DNA of 52,863 nt, taken from IMG/VR virus record IMGVR_UViG_3300006120_000477, positions 1-52,863 of that record, one strand, 5' to 3'. The position numbers and the translations under genes were made by a program. The DNA is from a virus (lineage: Duplodnaviria > Caudoviricetes). Positions 1 to 9,195 of the stretch are shown here, piece after piece; position 1 is the first letter of the stretch, and every line of letters starts with the position of its first letter. The notes under the pieces were generated by a model. The model was given only the letters and a program-made list of their open reading frames with translations, searched no databases and was not told the origin of the DNA.

Positions 1-477
1 GATACACACGTCTGCCAAGTCTTTACATGGACCACCAGTAAATCCTACAATAGCAATAGTCTTCATATTAAGTTTCTTAGCTTCCTTTAGAGCCTTGACA
101 ATATTAGGACTCTTGCCACTAGAACTAATCACAACCAGAACTTCACCAGCCAATGCAGACCATTCCAATTGCTTTGCAAATACATCTTCATATCCAATAT
201 CATTAGCAATTGCAGTAATCATAGAACTGTTATCTGGTAAAGATACAATTCTTGGATAGAAGTTTGTATCACATGCAACCCCCTTGCAAAGATCCGTACA
301 ACTGTGTGACGAGATTGCCGCAGAACCTCCGTTGCCAGCAAAGTAAACGGTGTGCCCATTATTAAAAGCATCAGTCAGAATCTTAATTACTGATTCTACC
401 GCATTAACATTAATACCATTAATGGCATCTTGTAGTTGCCCAGCATATTGACTTAATGATTTAATCTGTTTAGTCAT
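1..477 (-). CDS. gmhA: Phosphoheptose (sedoheptulose-7-P) isomerase, SIS domain; truncated by window edge
   Basis: Manual translation from ATG at 477: ...YFAGNGGSAAISSH...ITAIANDIGYEDVFAKQL...VISSSGKSPNIVKAL...GFTGG, the classic GmhA motifs. Confidence 0.9.
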   Translation of the reverse strand, partial: MTKQIKSLSQYAGQLQDAINGINVNAVESVIKILTDAFNNGHTVYFAGNGGSAAISSHSCTDLCKGVACDTNFYPRIVSLPDNSSMITAIANDIGYEDVFAKQLEWSALAGEVLVVISSSGKSPNIVKALKEAKKLNMKTIAIVGFTGGPCKDLADVCI

Positions 478-496
478 TTCTATAAAAACTCCGTTG

Positions 497-566
497 TATA
501 AATAAAGTGTCTGTCACGGTAACGCAAATACCCACAGACTCTAACGCTAAACAGGAGCATCAGCAT
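497..566 (+). promoter_or_regulatory. T4-type late promoter (TATAAATA 497-504) plus conserved structured leader, copy A
   Basis: TATAAATA-AAGT-GTCTGT-CAC-GGTA-loop-TACC-C-ACAGAC-TCTAA-CGCT..AGGAGC-ATCAGC; homologous to 14695-14761 and 17806-17872. Confidence 0.8.
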
Positions 567-1566
567 ATGGATATTTATAAGATTCTCGCCAGTAAACCAC
601 ATAATCCTCATTATCTTAATAGATATATAAGATTTATTGAATGGTGTCAACTAGCAAACAAAAATATAACCAGAAAATCAAAAAAGAATCCTGATGGAAT
701 ATATATATATGGAATCGCATCATATATGTCCTAAGGCAAAAGACTTGTTTCCAGAATATGCATCTTTTAGAAAAAACAAGTGGAATAAAATAGATTTGAC
801 TGCTAGACAGCATTTCATCATTCATTGGATCTTATGGAAAACATATAGTGGAAGCCAAACTGATGCTTTTTGGGCTATGCAAAGGTGTTCTGGAAATCAA
901 GAAAGATATTTCAGAGTTTCATCAAAAACCTATGAACAAATTAAACTCGGATTCTCTTCTAGGCATTCAGAAAGAATGAAAGGAGAAAATAATCCTTTTT
1001 ATAAAAAAACACATACAAAAGAAAATTTAGAGTTCTTTAGGGATTCTCAAAAAGGAATTTCTATAGTAGAAAGAGTTGGGGAAGAAAAAGCAAGAGAAAT
1101 AGAAGCAAAACAAAAGGCATATTACGATTCAATCAGAAAACCACCAAAACCAAAAAAGAGCAAAGAGCAAAAAAGTCTTGAGCTGTCTATCAGAATGACT
1201 GGCAAAAATAAGGGACCAAGCAAAAGACCAGATAATCCAAATAATGTCATATTTGAATTTTTAAATGTTCTAACCAATGAAACATTTATTGGAACTGGAT
1301 ATGATTTGCGTAAAAAATATAATTTATTACAAGCTAGTATGAGCGACTTAGTTAATAGAAAAAGAAATAATCATAAGGGATGGGTTATAGTAGAAAACGG
1401 AAAACACAATTATGTGTCTAGATCTGATCAGTCAAGGCAATCGAACAAACGACGGATAGAAGCAGGGACTCACCCATTCCAAAAAAGAGCGGATGGAACA
1501 TCCATCAGTGGAGATAAAGTAAAGAATGGAACCCATCCACTTTTAGCTAAAAATCGAAAAAATTAA
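567..1566 (+). pseudogene. Free-standing HNH (Mob-like) homing endonuclease, frameshifted at an (AT)6 tract
   Basis: ATG 567 follows AGGAG; the first frame (MDIYKILASKPHNPHYLNRYIRFI) joins ESHHICPK...LTARQHFIIH (HNH) plus NUMOD3-like GENNPFY in another frame; break at 699-710. Confidence 0.75.
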
Positions 1567-2516
1567 TCTGCATAAACTACTCTTGCTCCATCATTAGAAA
1601 TATTAACATCCAGACACACTCTATCTGAAAACTCATTCTTAATCTTTGATTTATTACCTGTCATGGCTAACATATAGCCACCGCCACCAGATCCAAGAAG
1701 TTTAGCGCCTGATGCACCAGCAGAAATGCAACGATCATATAAAAGGTCAATTTCTGGATTACTAATTGAATTTTCTGTCTGCTTCTTTAATTCCCATGCC
1801 TTATTGAGCAGAAAGCCATAATTATCAAATGAAGGAAGATATTGAGATTGTTGGTCAGCCATATTAGAAAGTTCTCTAATAATATGCGACTTCTTATCAA
1901 AATCAATTTTCTCAAGAATATCAGAAGAATGTCGTTGAATATTCGTTGGAATTAAAACCATGCAAGAATCAATCCCATTTGGATCCATCTTAGAAACAAT
2001 CACACGATCACTCTGTAGATATTTAATATAGTTCATACCACCAAATGCACTTGCATATGCATCTTGCTTTCCGATTTTGAAACCACAAAGATTGATCTCA
2101 GTGTGGCAGGCAGTTTCTGCAAGTTCATATTCATTATAGGGCTTTAATCCTAAATATTGCACCAATGCAGAAATAAGTGCAGAGGTAAATGCTGACGAGC
2201 CACCAAGTCCAGTACCAATAGTTGGAATATCTGCAAAGGTTGTAATCTCAATATTAGAAGAAATATTAAAAAACTTTAATGTATTTCTAACAATATCATG
2301 CTGAATATCGTCAACATTAGTCACACATTCCTGTTTAGAATAATTAAGTTTAATATGATTCTGTGGAGTCTTACCAACAGCAACATATACGAACTTATCA
2401 ATAGCTAGAGAAATCGTTGCTCCACCCCACTGAAGATAATGAGCAGGAATGTCGGATGAACCACCAAACGCTGAGATGCGAAGAGGCGCTTTAGCTAGGA
2501 TCAATTTCTTGTCCAT
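1563..2516 (-). CDS. hddA: GHMP-family sugar kinase, D-glycero-alpha-D-manno-heptose-7-phosphate kinase-like
   Basis: KAPLRISAFGGSSD, PTIGTGLGGSSA, GKQDAYASAFGG, GAKLLGSGGGG; adjacent to gmhA. Confidence 0.8.
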   Translation of the reverse strand: MDKKLILAKAPLRISAFGGSSDIPAHYLQWGGATISLAIDKFVYVAVGKTPQNHIKLNYSKQECVTNVDDIQHDIVRNTLKFFNISSNIEITTFADIPTIGTGLGGSSAFTSALISALVQYLGLKPYNEYELAETACHTEINLCGFKIGKQDAYASAFGGMNYIKYLQSDRVIVSKMDPNGIDSCMVLIPTNIQRHSSDILEKIDFDKKSHIIRELSNMADQQSQYLPSFDNYGFLLNKAWELKKQTENSISNPEIDLLYDRCISAGASGAKLLGSGGGGYMLAMTGNKSKIKNEFSDRVCLDVNISNDGARVVYAD

Positions 2517-2812
2517 TCATATTCAGAGTTGCCTGTCTTGAAACGGACATAGAGATACTCAGGATTATCTGGATCGGTTCGTTCTTCTAAAATCTCTGTG
2601 ATAACTGTTGTTTGCCAATAATCTTGAGCAGTAAATGATCTTGCATAATGAGAACCAACTCGCATAACAGCACCAACACGAGGCTCGGCATTCTCAATCT
2701 CTTCTACCGAGACAGCCTTACCAGTATCTTGATCAAAGGTTGGAATACAAGCAAGACTCATCAGACCGCTATCTCCAGCACCATCACGAATCCTATACAA
2801 TGAATATGTCAT
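2501..2812 (-). CDS. Hypothetical protein
   Basis: 103 aa ORF coupled to neighbouring genes. Confidence 0.65.
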   Translation of the reverse strand: MTYSLYRIRDGAGDSGLMSLACIPTFDQDTGKAVSVEEIENAEPRVGAVMRVGSHYARSFTAQDYWQTTVITEILEERTDPDNPEYLYVRFKTGNSEYEWTRN

Positions 2813-3813
2813 TATGAAGTCCTATAACTAAACTGTGCAGCAGGAACCTTTAGATCCTTGCCTTCATATTCATATACAAGAGAAGCACACAATGCATTCC
2901 ATTGATTAGCAATCCTTGACCAAGAATATCTATAATCTGAAAAAGTCTTCTGGAACTGTAGATATGGATACATATCAGTTTCTTTCATGCGGTTAATTGT
3001 ATCATTTAAAATAGCATAAAACATATTAGCATGAACATTCTGGTCCTGATCCCAATTATACTGCATGGTAATACCACCAGAAGTATCTGTCAATCCTGCA
3101 TAATTTGGATGGATACAAACACAACCGGCAGACATTGCTTCAATCAATGAACGGCTATTCTGCTCTGGCCAAATTGAGGGATAAGCAAAAATATGAGCCT
3201 TTGCCATATGTTCACGAACAACATCATTTGGTTGAAATCCATGATAATTAATCTTAGGATGATTTCGGCACCGATCAAATAATTCTTCAAATTGTTGATC
3301 TGCTTCAGCCCAACCATAAATCTTATAGCTAGAAAAGACATCCAGAACCAGATTATCGTGATGCTTGCAGAGTTCTTCAAATACAGGAACTAGAAGTGAT
3401 AGACCCCTCTGCGGCGTAGATGCATAAATTAGCCGAATCTCTTCCTTGGCATCACCCTTATTAATTGGACCAAGTGGTTCAATAGCAGTGTCAATCACAC
3501 AAGTCTTTTGATCATGAGGAATACCAAGAAAGTTCTGATATTGATTCATCTGGTAATTTCCGCAGTACACAATTTTGTGGAACTTATTGCGAAAATTTGG
3601 ATCCTTCAGTTGTTGACTCTCAGGATCTTGGGCTGTGTTATGTAGCCATAGAATTCGAATTCTATCATCATATAGTTCTCTTACCCGAGAAGAGATAATC
3701 TGAAACTTATCATGATATTCAGGATTTAGTCGGGCAAGCATACCCTCGACCATCATTTCAGAACCACCGTGACTCTTGGCATTCATCTCATCACGAGAAA
3801 AGATTTCACTCAT
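2812..3813 (-). CDS. Glycosyltransferase, GT-B fold (family 4-like)
   Basis: HGGSE at N-terminus, LIYASTPQRGL, FAYPSIWPEQNSRSLIEAMSAGC. Confidence 0.85.
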   Translation of the reverse strand: MSEIFSRDEMNAKSHGGSEMMVEGMLARLNPEYHDKFQIISSRVRELYDDRIRILWLHNTAQDPESQQLKDPNFRNKFHKIVYCGNYQMNQYQNFLGIPHDQKTCVIDTAIEPLGPINKGDAKEEIRLIYASTPQRGLSLLVPVFEELCKHHDNLVLDVFSSYKIYGWAEADQQFEELFDRCRNHPKINYHGFQPNDVVREHMAKAHIFAYPSIWPEQNSRSLIEAMSAGCVCIHPNYAGLTDTSGGITMQYNWDQDQNVHANMFYAILNDTINRMKETDMYPYLQFQKTFSDYRYSWSRIANQWNALCASLVYEYEGKDLKVPAAQFSYRTS

Positions 3814-4775
3814 ACTTTATTCAATTCCTTCTTTACAAACTCATAATGAGAATCAACAATTTCAGAAATGGTTTTAGTGGGTTCCCACTTTAGTTCCTGC
3901 CTGAGTGCAGTATTATCAGAAAACAAATATCCGGGGTCTCCATCTCGTCTTGGCGCAAAATCATAATTCAAACCATATAGATCTTTAACCATATTAGCAA
4001 GCTGAATATTAGAATATCCTACTCCAGACCCTACATTATATTGTGTATATGAAGTTGGAGCATCAGTTTGGATTTCCTTTGCGGCTGCAATAAGTGCCTG
4101 ACATACATCATAGACATGAATGTAATCCCTAACACAACTTTGGTCAAAGGTATTAAAATCATTGCCATTGATGTAGAATGTCTCATTATTTATAGACGCC
4201 TGACACATCTTGGTGAGAATGTGTGGTTGATCCAAATCCTGCCCCATACCATCAAACCCACCAGTGACATTGAAGAACCTCATGGAATATGCGCGCATAC
4301 CATATGCATTACAAGATTCTTCTAGGATTCGTTCACCGAACCATTTACTCCAACCATAAGGGTTGATAGGATAACCAGCATCTTCTTCTTTAAGAGCAAT
4401 ATTCTTATTAGGATCGCCATATGTTGCAGCAGATGATGCAAAGATAATTGGTGTATCTGGCTGTTCGTTTTTGATATTCTTTAGCATATCAATCATGCCA
4501 GAAACATTATTATCAAAATAATCCAGAGGATTCTTTACAGAAGGGCCAAGTAGACTATTAGCACCTAGATGGAAAATTACATCATACTTATGCTGAATAT
4601 ATGGTCGAGGATTTCCATAATGACCAACATAGTAATGATGAAAATCTGTCTCATCAAGTTCCCAATGAACTGGTTCTTTCAGATCAAGACCAAAGACCTG
4701 CCAGCCTTCATCTTTTAGAATCTTACAGAGAATACGACCGATATAGCCCTCGGCACCGGTTACCAAAGCCTTCAC
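3810..4775 (-). CDS. galE: NAD-dependent sugar epimerase (UDP-glucose 4-epimerase-like)
   Basis: VTGAEGYIG, FASSAATYG, PINPYGWSK (YxxxK), VRDYIHV, RRDGDP. Confidence 0.85.
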   Translation of the reverse strand: MKALVTGAEGYIGRILCKILKDEGWQVFGLDLKEPVHWELDETDFHHYYVGHYGNPRPYIQHKYDVIFHLGANSLLGPSVKNPLDYFDNNVSGMIDMLKNIKNEQPDTPIIFASSAATYGDPNKNIALKEEDAGYPINPYGWSKWFGERILEESCNAYGMRAYSMRFFNVTGGFDGMGQDLDQPHILTKMCQASINNETFYINGNDFNTFDQSCVRDYIHVYDVCQALIAAAKEIQTDAPTSYTQYNVGSGVGYSNIQLANMVKDLYGLNYDFAPRRDGDPGYLFSDNTALRQELKWEPTKTISEIVDSHYEFVKKELNKV

Positions 4776-5224
4776 GATACGCGCTCCTCATATACAGTGG
4801 TAGGAACATAAGGGAAATCAATGTATACACGACTTTCTTTACAGGTGAAATAAGACTTGCTCTTTTCGCCGTCTTCATTTGTATACCAGTCCCAGAAAAC
4901 CTTGCCTTCAATATCATATGCTCTACCATCAAAATCTTTGAATACTCGACTGCATCGCTTATTCTGATAATGAGTTTCATCATCATACTCAAGAAGAGTC
5001 CATTCTGAATCTTCTCCAGTAAGTGGAGACAGAGGCTCCCAACGAAGCAGTTTCTCCAAACAGTTAGTGACATATGATGCTGAGAACCCAGAATGTCCTT
5101 GTTCTGCAAACTTTTCTACCAGTTCAAGAATGGCATTCCGACCCATTGCATTATATTCATCACCATCTTCGGTCATACCAATTCGGTCAAGTTCACTCTT
5201 TGCATATTGTAACATATTACTCAT
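4772..5224 (-). CDS. Conserved hypothetical phage protein
   Basis: 150 aa, QGHSGFSA and QNKRCSRVFK motifs; ATGA coupling to neighbours. Confidence 0.7.
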   Translation of the reverse strand: MSNMLQYAKSELDRIGMTEDGDEYNAMGRNAILELVEKFAEQGHSGFSASYVTNCLEKLLRWEPLSPLTGEDSEWTLLEYDDETHYQNKRCSRVFKDFDGRAYDIEGKVFWDWYTNEDGEKSKSYFTCKESRVYIDFPYVPTTVYEERVS

Positions 5225-5391
5225 TCTTCAATACTTCCTAGTTCTTCTAATTCTCGTTGTTTATACATATCAGCAACTTCTAGAATGAGACTTAACACCG
5301 CCAAGGGACTAATCCTTGTGGCGATATTAACCACAATCCACTTGGCAACCACTGCCTTAAAAGTTTCCCAACGAGTTAATGGCTGCTTCAT
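5221..5391 (-). CDS. Small hypothetical protein (56 aa)
   Basis: Manual ORF MKQPLTRWETFKAVVAKWIVV...; ATGA overlaps at both ends. Confidence 0.6.
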   Translation of the reverse strand: MKQPLTRWETFKAVVAKWIVVNIATRISPLAVLSLILEVADMYKQRELEELGSIEE

Positions 5392-5894
5392 TCTGTAATT
5401 TCCTCAATTACTGTATAACCGATTACACTATCAACATCAAAACTGCGCCAAGAATTCTTATCAAGATCAAACACAGGAACAACTCCTTCAGATTTTTTAC
5501 GAGTGGTTTCCTTAGTCTTTTCTGGTGCGGTATAATACTCAGCAATAATTAATGGATTACGAGTGCAGAGCATAGTTCGCTCGGTGCCATCCTTCTTAGT
5601 GAAAGTAACACGAATTGTCGCACCATTATTAAGATCTTGTTCAATCAGAGATTCTGAAAAATACTTTTCAAGATCATCATAGCCACCGATACCGATATGA
5701 ATTGTAAATTCCTCATCATCTTCAACCCAAATCTGAGGAAAAGTTTTGGCCTCTGGAACTAGTTCTAGAAGTTCTTCACGAGTAAAATCCTTATTTAGTG
5801 TAAGGTAACTATACTCTCCGCCCTTTTGCTTAATTAGTGCCTTGGCTCGTTCACAAAAAGGGCAACCGTCCTTGCCATAAATTACAAAATTCAT
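5388..5894 (-). CDS. Glutaredoxin fused to a WYL_2/SH3-like domain
   Basis: YGKDGCPFC, TFPQI, IGGYDDL, then VTFTKKDGTERTMLCT...VFDLDKNSWRSF. Confidence 0.8.
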   Translation of the reverse strand: MNFVIYGKDGCPFCERAKALIKQKGGEYSYLTLNKDFTREELLELVPEAKTFPQIWVEDDEEFTIHIGIGGYDDLEKYFSESLIEQDLNNGATIRVTFTKKDGTERTMLCTRNPLIIAEYYTAPEKTKETTRKKSEGVVPVFDLDKNSWRSFDVDSVIGYTVIEEITE

Positions 5895-5896
5895 TT

Positions 5897-6028
5897 TCAA
5901 TACTCCAAAAATTCATCAAGCACACGCTGAATGTGCTTCTGTTTAGGCTCCCGTTTCTTATCAGGAACTACCTTAGGCTTATTATATTTCCAGATATTAC
6001 CAGCTACTGGATTACGAGTCTTTGACAT
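5897..6028 (-). CDS. Small basic hypothetical protein (43 aa)
   Basis: Manual ORF MSKTRNPVAGNIWKYNKPKVVPDKK..., GGAGG SD upstream. Confidence 0.6.
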   Translation of the reverse strand: MSKTRNPVAGNIWKYNKPKVVPDKKREPKQKHIQRVLDEFLEY

Positions 6029-6030
6029 AA

Positions 6031-6207
6031 TCACCTCCATGAAATATTATATATCATGATCTCAGAACCGGGATGCTTATTCTGTAGATAAGACTGAACA
6101 GCAAAATCTGATTGAGCGCCATTTAGCTGAACGATATTCCCCTGAATGCGAGTTCGACTTAGAGATCCATTCCTACCGTGGGAATAATCTGCAACAAAAT
6201 TCTTCAT
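6031..6207 (-). CDS. Hypothetical protein
   Basis: ORF with GGAG SD before ATG 6207. Confidence 0.6.
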   Translation of the reverse strand: MKNFVADYSHGRNGSLSRTRIQGNIVQLNGAQSDFAVQSYLQNKHPGSEIMIYNISWR

Positions 6208-6209
6208 AA

Positions 6210-6530
6210 TTATGCTCCATACCTGCAAATATCTTCAAACTCTTCATCGCTCATTGCGAGATAGTCCCACTCGGTGTAGCCCCAGCGGTCAACACCATCA
6301 CCAATGCCGACATAGTTGCCGTCAGCATCAAACGCGCTGTATCCGTAACTGTCGTAACCGTTTTCATCGTAGTTGTCAAAGTAAAGACGAGTGTCATAGA
6401 TTTCGCCTCGCTCTTTCATTTCAAGAGTCCATTCGGGAGGGATCTGGCGGTCTGCATTATAGCAGTAATCAGTGTAGGGGCGATCCACATCCTTGCGAGT
6501 CAGTACCGGGCTGTATTTACCTTTGCTCAT
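6210..6530 (-). CDS. Hypothetical protein with D-x-x-G-Y-D repeats
   Basis: AAGGAG SD before ATG 6530; YDENGYDSYGY, DRWGY. Confidence 0.65.
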   Translation of the reverse strand: MSKGKYSPVLTRKDVDRPYTDYCYNADRQIPPEWTLEMKERGEIYDTRLYFDNYDENGYDSYGYSAFDADGNYVGIGDGVDRWGYTEWDYLAMSDEEFEDICRYGA

Positions 6531-6559
6531 AATAAAATCTCCTTCGTTTCGATATGCCA

Positions 6560-6588
6560 TTTATACCAATGATTCGAAAAGGAGTCAA
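6560..6588 (-). promoter_or_regulatory. Sigma70-like early promoter
   Basis: TTGACT-N17-TATAAA. Confidence 0.65.
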
Positions 6589-6595
6589 GTCTATA

Positions 6596-7120
6596 TTATC
6601 GTCTACCTACAAAAAGGGTTTTGTTGACAAACTTTGGCTTAGAAAATAGATACCAGCAGCAGTTGTCTTTGCCAGAAGATTTGCTGCCCTCAATCCATTT
6701 AACTCTACCAACAGAGATAATGGCTTCACATCTATTCATAAAAGGAATTGATTGTTTGGTATGCATCCAATCTGCGTCAAACAAAAGCCAAGTCGGAAGT
6801 TGGTTGCTAAAATGTTCAATCATAGGATGAAGTAAATTACGATCCCATGGAGGATTAGTAATAATATAATCAGCACCCGAGGACAAATCTAATTCAAGGG
6901 CATCTGCTTCTTTAATATTATCTGCCTGAGGTTCAATATCCCATGCACCTTTACAAAGAAGTTTATTAGATTCTAGATGATTAATTAATCTACCATCACC
7001 AGCACATGGCTCATAAAATGTAGCATTTGGCATAAGATGTGGAAGTAAAGGAATTACTGCTGAAATTGGAGTGGGATAATAGTCTTTAGAAACTCGTTCA
7101 AAATCACTTCGTTTACCCAT
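6596..7120 (-). CDS. Orphan DNA N6-adenine methyltransferase
   Basis: DYYPTP, FYEPCAGDG (SAM-binding), IITNPPW (catalytic). Confidence 0.8.
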   Translation of the reverse strand: MGKRSDFERVSKDYYPTPISAVIPLLPHLMPNATFYEPCAGDGRLINHLESNKLLCKGAWDIEPQADNIKEADALELDLSSGADYIITNPPWDRNLLHPMIEHFSNQLPTWLLFDADWMHTKQSIPFMNRCEAIISVGRVKWIEGSKSSGKDNCCWYLFSKPKFVNKTLFVGRR

Positions 7121-7174
7121 AATAAAATACTTTCATAATTAATATATCCAGATAGAATATGATCGCTTAATACG

Positions 7175-7202
7175 AGTATACACTATCTGGATATATTGTC
7201 AA
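7175..7202 (-). promoter_or_regulatory. Sigma70-like promoter overlapping a 15-bp inverted repeat
   Basis: TTGACA-N16-TATACT; IR arms at 7141-7155 and 7183-7197. Confidence 0.6.
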
Positions 7203-7229
7203 GACCAATTGATAAATCTATTTACATAT

Positions 7230-8024
7230 TTATAGATCACATGCAATCATAGCTAGAATTACTTCCTTAGCAAATCCAGAACGAACAATATCTTCCACAT
7301 TAAACCCAACAGATTTCATTGATGGAATATGAGAGCATAGACGCAAAATAGAGTCTGCACCAGATTCTTCGGAAAACCGCTTAGATGTCAAATCATCCTG
7401 TTTGCGATCACCACAGAGAATAATCTTAGTGTTTTGTCCAATACGAGTTAATACAGTTACCGCATTTTGAAGATTTGTGTTCTGAAACTCATCAAAAATG
7501 ACAATAGTATCATCAATTGTCTGGCCACGCAAGAACGAAGTTGACTCAAATTGAATGATACCTTTATTCTTCAATGTTTGATATGCATTTGGATTATCAA
7601 ATAGTTTAGCACAAATTCCAACATAAGGAGTTTCGAATTCTGCCATTTTTTGTTTAGCAGATCCCGGCAAAAATCCGATATCTTTACCTGATTGAGCACT
7701 TCTAATAATGATTACTTTTTTATATTTGGTATTTGGTTTATTCAATACTTCATCTAGAGCCAAATATAAGCTGATGAAACTCTTTCCGGTTCCGGGGCAC
7801 CCATGGAGTATAAGATTTTTATCTTCTCTATAATACTTAAAAGTTAATTTCTGATTATCCGTCATTGGTTTAATGTTTTGAAGTTCAAGTGGCTTTGGTT
7901 GAGACTTATGAAGTTGAATTACATTATTGGAATTTCTTTTTGCTTTCCTAGCAGATTTACGCTGACGGCGTGATGGTTGTTCAGTATATTCTTCTACAGT
8001 ATCAAAGAAGTTTTGGTGACTCAT
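7230..8024 (-). CDS. phoH: PhoH-family ATPase
   Basis: GCPGTGKS, IGFLPG, FLRGQT, DEFQN, LTRIG, GDRKQDDL. Confidence 0.92.
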   Translation of the reverse strand: MSHQNFFDTVEEYTEQPSRRQRKSARKAKRNSNNVIQLHKSQPKPLELQNIKPMTDNQKLTFKYYREDKNLILHGCPGTGKSFISLYLALDEVLNKPNTKYKKVIIIRSAQSGKDIGFLPGSAKQKMAEFETPYVGICAKLFDNPNAYQTLKNKGIIQFESTSFLRGQTIDDTIVIFDEFQNTNLQNAVTVLTRIGQNTKIILCGDRKQDDLTSKRFSEESGADSILRLCSHIPSMKSVGFNVEDIVRSGFAKEVILAMIACDL

Positions 8025-8089
8025 ACAGGAGGTTACCTTTTATTAGAAGGGTTAGAGTAATTCTCACTTGCTCCATAATAACAGCGAAC

Positions 8090-8404
8090 TTATGATGTTT
8101 TTGTTGATACTCCATGCTTTTTCTGCTGGCGTCTGACTGCATCACGAGACTTGGATGCTCTGATGCCTTTATCACCGTATCTGTCCGCCAAAGGAGAGGT
8201 CGGATTAGAACGGGCGATTCTGCCTAGCATGTCATTGAAACCAGCATCAGTCTTGACGCGATCTCCTGTGCCACCTACAATGTTGATTGAAAATACTTGT
8301 TGAAGATGTGGATTCTCCGCAAGAAATTGCTTGTGGGAATCATAGGACCAGAACTCTTCCCATTCTTCCTGTGTCTCTGTGTTTTTATATTGATAGACTG
8401 GCAT
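8090..8404 (-). CDS. Conserved T4-like hypothetical protein (FmdB-like N-terminus lacking Cys)
   Basis: MPVYQYKNTET...FLAENPHL...GFNDML; typical phoH neighbour. Confidence 0.65.
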   Translation of the reverse strand: MPVYQYKNTETQEEWEEFWSYDSHKQFLAENPHLQQVFSINIVGGTGDRVKTDAGFNDMLGRIARSNPTSPLADRYGDKGIRASKSRDAVRRQQKKHGVSTKTS

Positions 8405-8413
8405 CAATACTCC

Positions 8414-8457
8414 TCTTCATATATCTATTTATCATTCTTCATATATCTATTTATCAT
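8414..8457. repeat. Perfect 22-bp tandem duplication containing a late-promoter-like GATAAATA
   Basis: TCTTCATATATCTATTTATCAT twice (8414-8435, 8436-8457). Confidence 0.9.
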
Positions 8458-8621
8458 TTTCGCCATCTAAAGCCGAAAACCAATTCCTGCATTTTTCTTT
8501 GAAACCAGTTTGGAATATGTCCTTCAATAATTGAAACGGTTATTCCGGGAAACATCTCTACTTTCCAGTCAGAATACTTTGGTTGTAGGATTATCGTCGC
8601 ATCTGGCCAATCAATGGTCAT
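8454..8621 (-). CDS. Small hypothetical protein
   Basis: MTIDWPD...PNWFQRKMQELVFGFRWRK; start just after upstream stop. Confidence 0.55.
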   Translation of the reverse strand: MTIDWPDATIILQPKYSDWKVEMFPGITVSIIEGHIPNWFQRKMQELVFGFRWRK

Positions 8622-8622
8622 A

Positions 8623-9195
8623 TTAGGTCCAGAGTCTCCTATAGTAGATCCCGAAAAGTCTTGTTCCGTTGTTGATTCGTTTTTGCCACTCATTGTATCC
8701 ATCCTTATCAAACCCATTTTTGAAAAACTGTGATTCTACATCATCGTTGTCAATAATCTGGGAAAAACTCCATATCACCTCGTCAAGAACCCATTCCCAC
8801 CGTTTGTGCCAATGTTCATCAGTATCACCATCAACATTGTGCTGTTCAGAACGAATGTGTTCAGGAACATCCTCGTTTGCCACATCAGGAGAACCACACT
8901 TACTCTCCCTCAGTTTCAAAAGCATAGGATGAATGATCAATGCCAATGTATGATCCATACTCCATAAATCATAATTGTCAATCTTGATCTTGATCTTGCG
9001 ATCACGACTATACCACCAACGATTGATAGGAAGAAAGAAATCACTCAACTTATCAAATAAACCAAACACAATCTTATCGTGCCAAGTATATTCTGACTCA
9101 TCTAGATAATACTTGTCCAGCCAATGTTCGTATTTTCTTTCTAGTCCTCGGATAGGAATCAAGTCGCTCCTGTATGGTGGAATATGAATTTTCAT
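8623..9195 (-). CDS. Conserved hypothetical phage protein
   Basis: IDNYDLWSMDHTLALII...WEWVLDEVIWSF...GTRLFGIYY. Confidence 0.7.
   Translation of the reverse strand: MKIHIPPYRSDLIPIRGLERKYEHWLDKYYLDESEYTWHDKIVFGLFDKLSDFFLPINRWWYSRDRKIKIKIDNYDLWSMDHTLALIIHPMLLKLRESKCGSPDVANEDVPEHIRSEQHNVDGDTDEHWHKRWEWVLDEVIWSFSQIIDNDDVESQFFKNGFDKDGYNEWQKRINNGTRLFGIYYRRLWT

Noticed and set aside
507-566. GTG start at 507 for the first ORF
   Set aside because: This is the conserved non-coding leader; the SD points to ATG 567.
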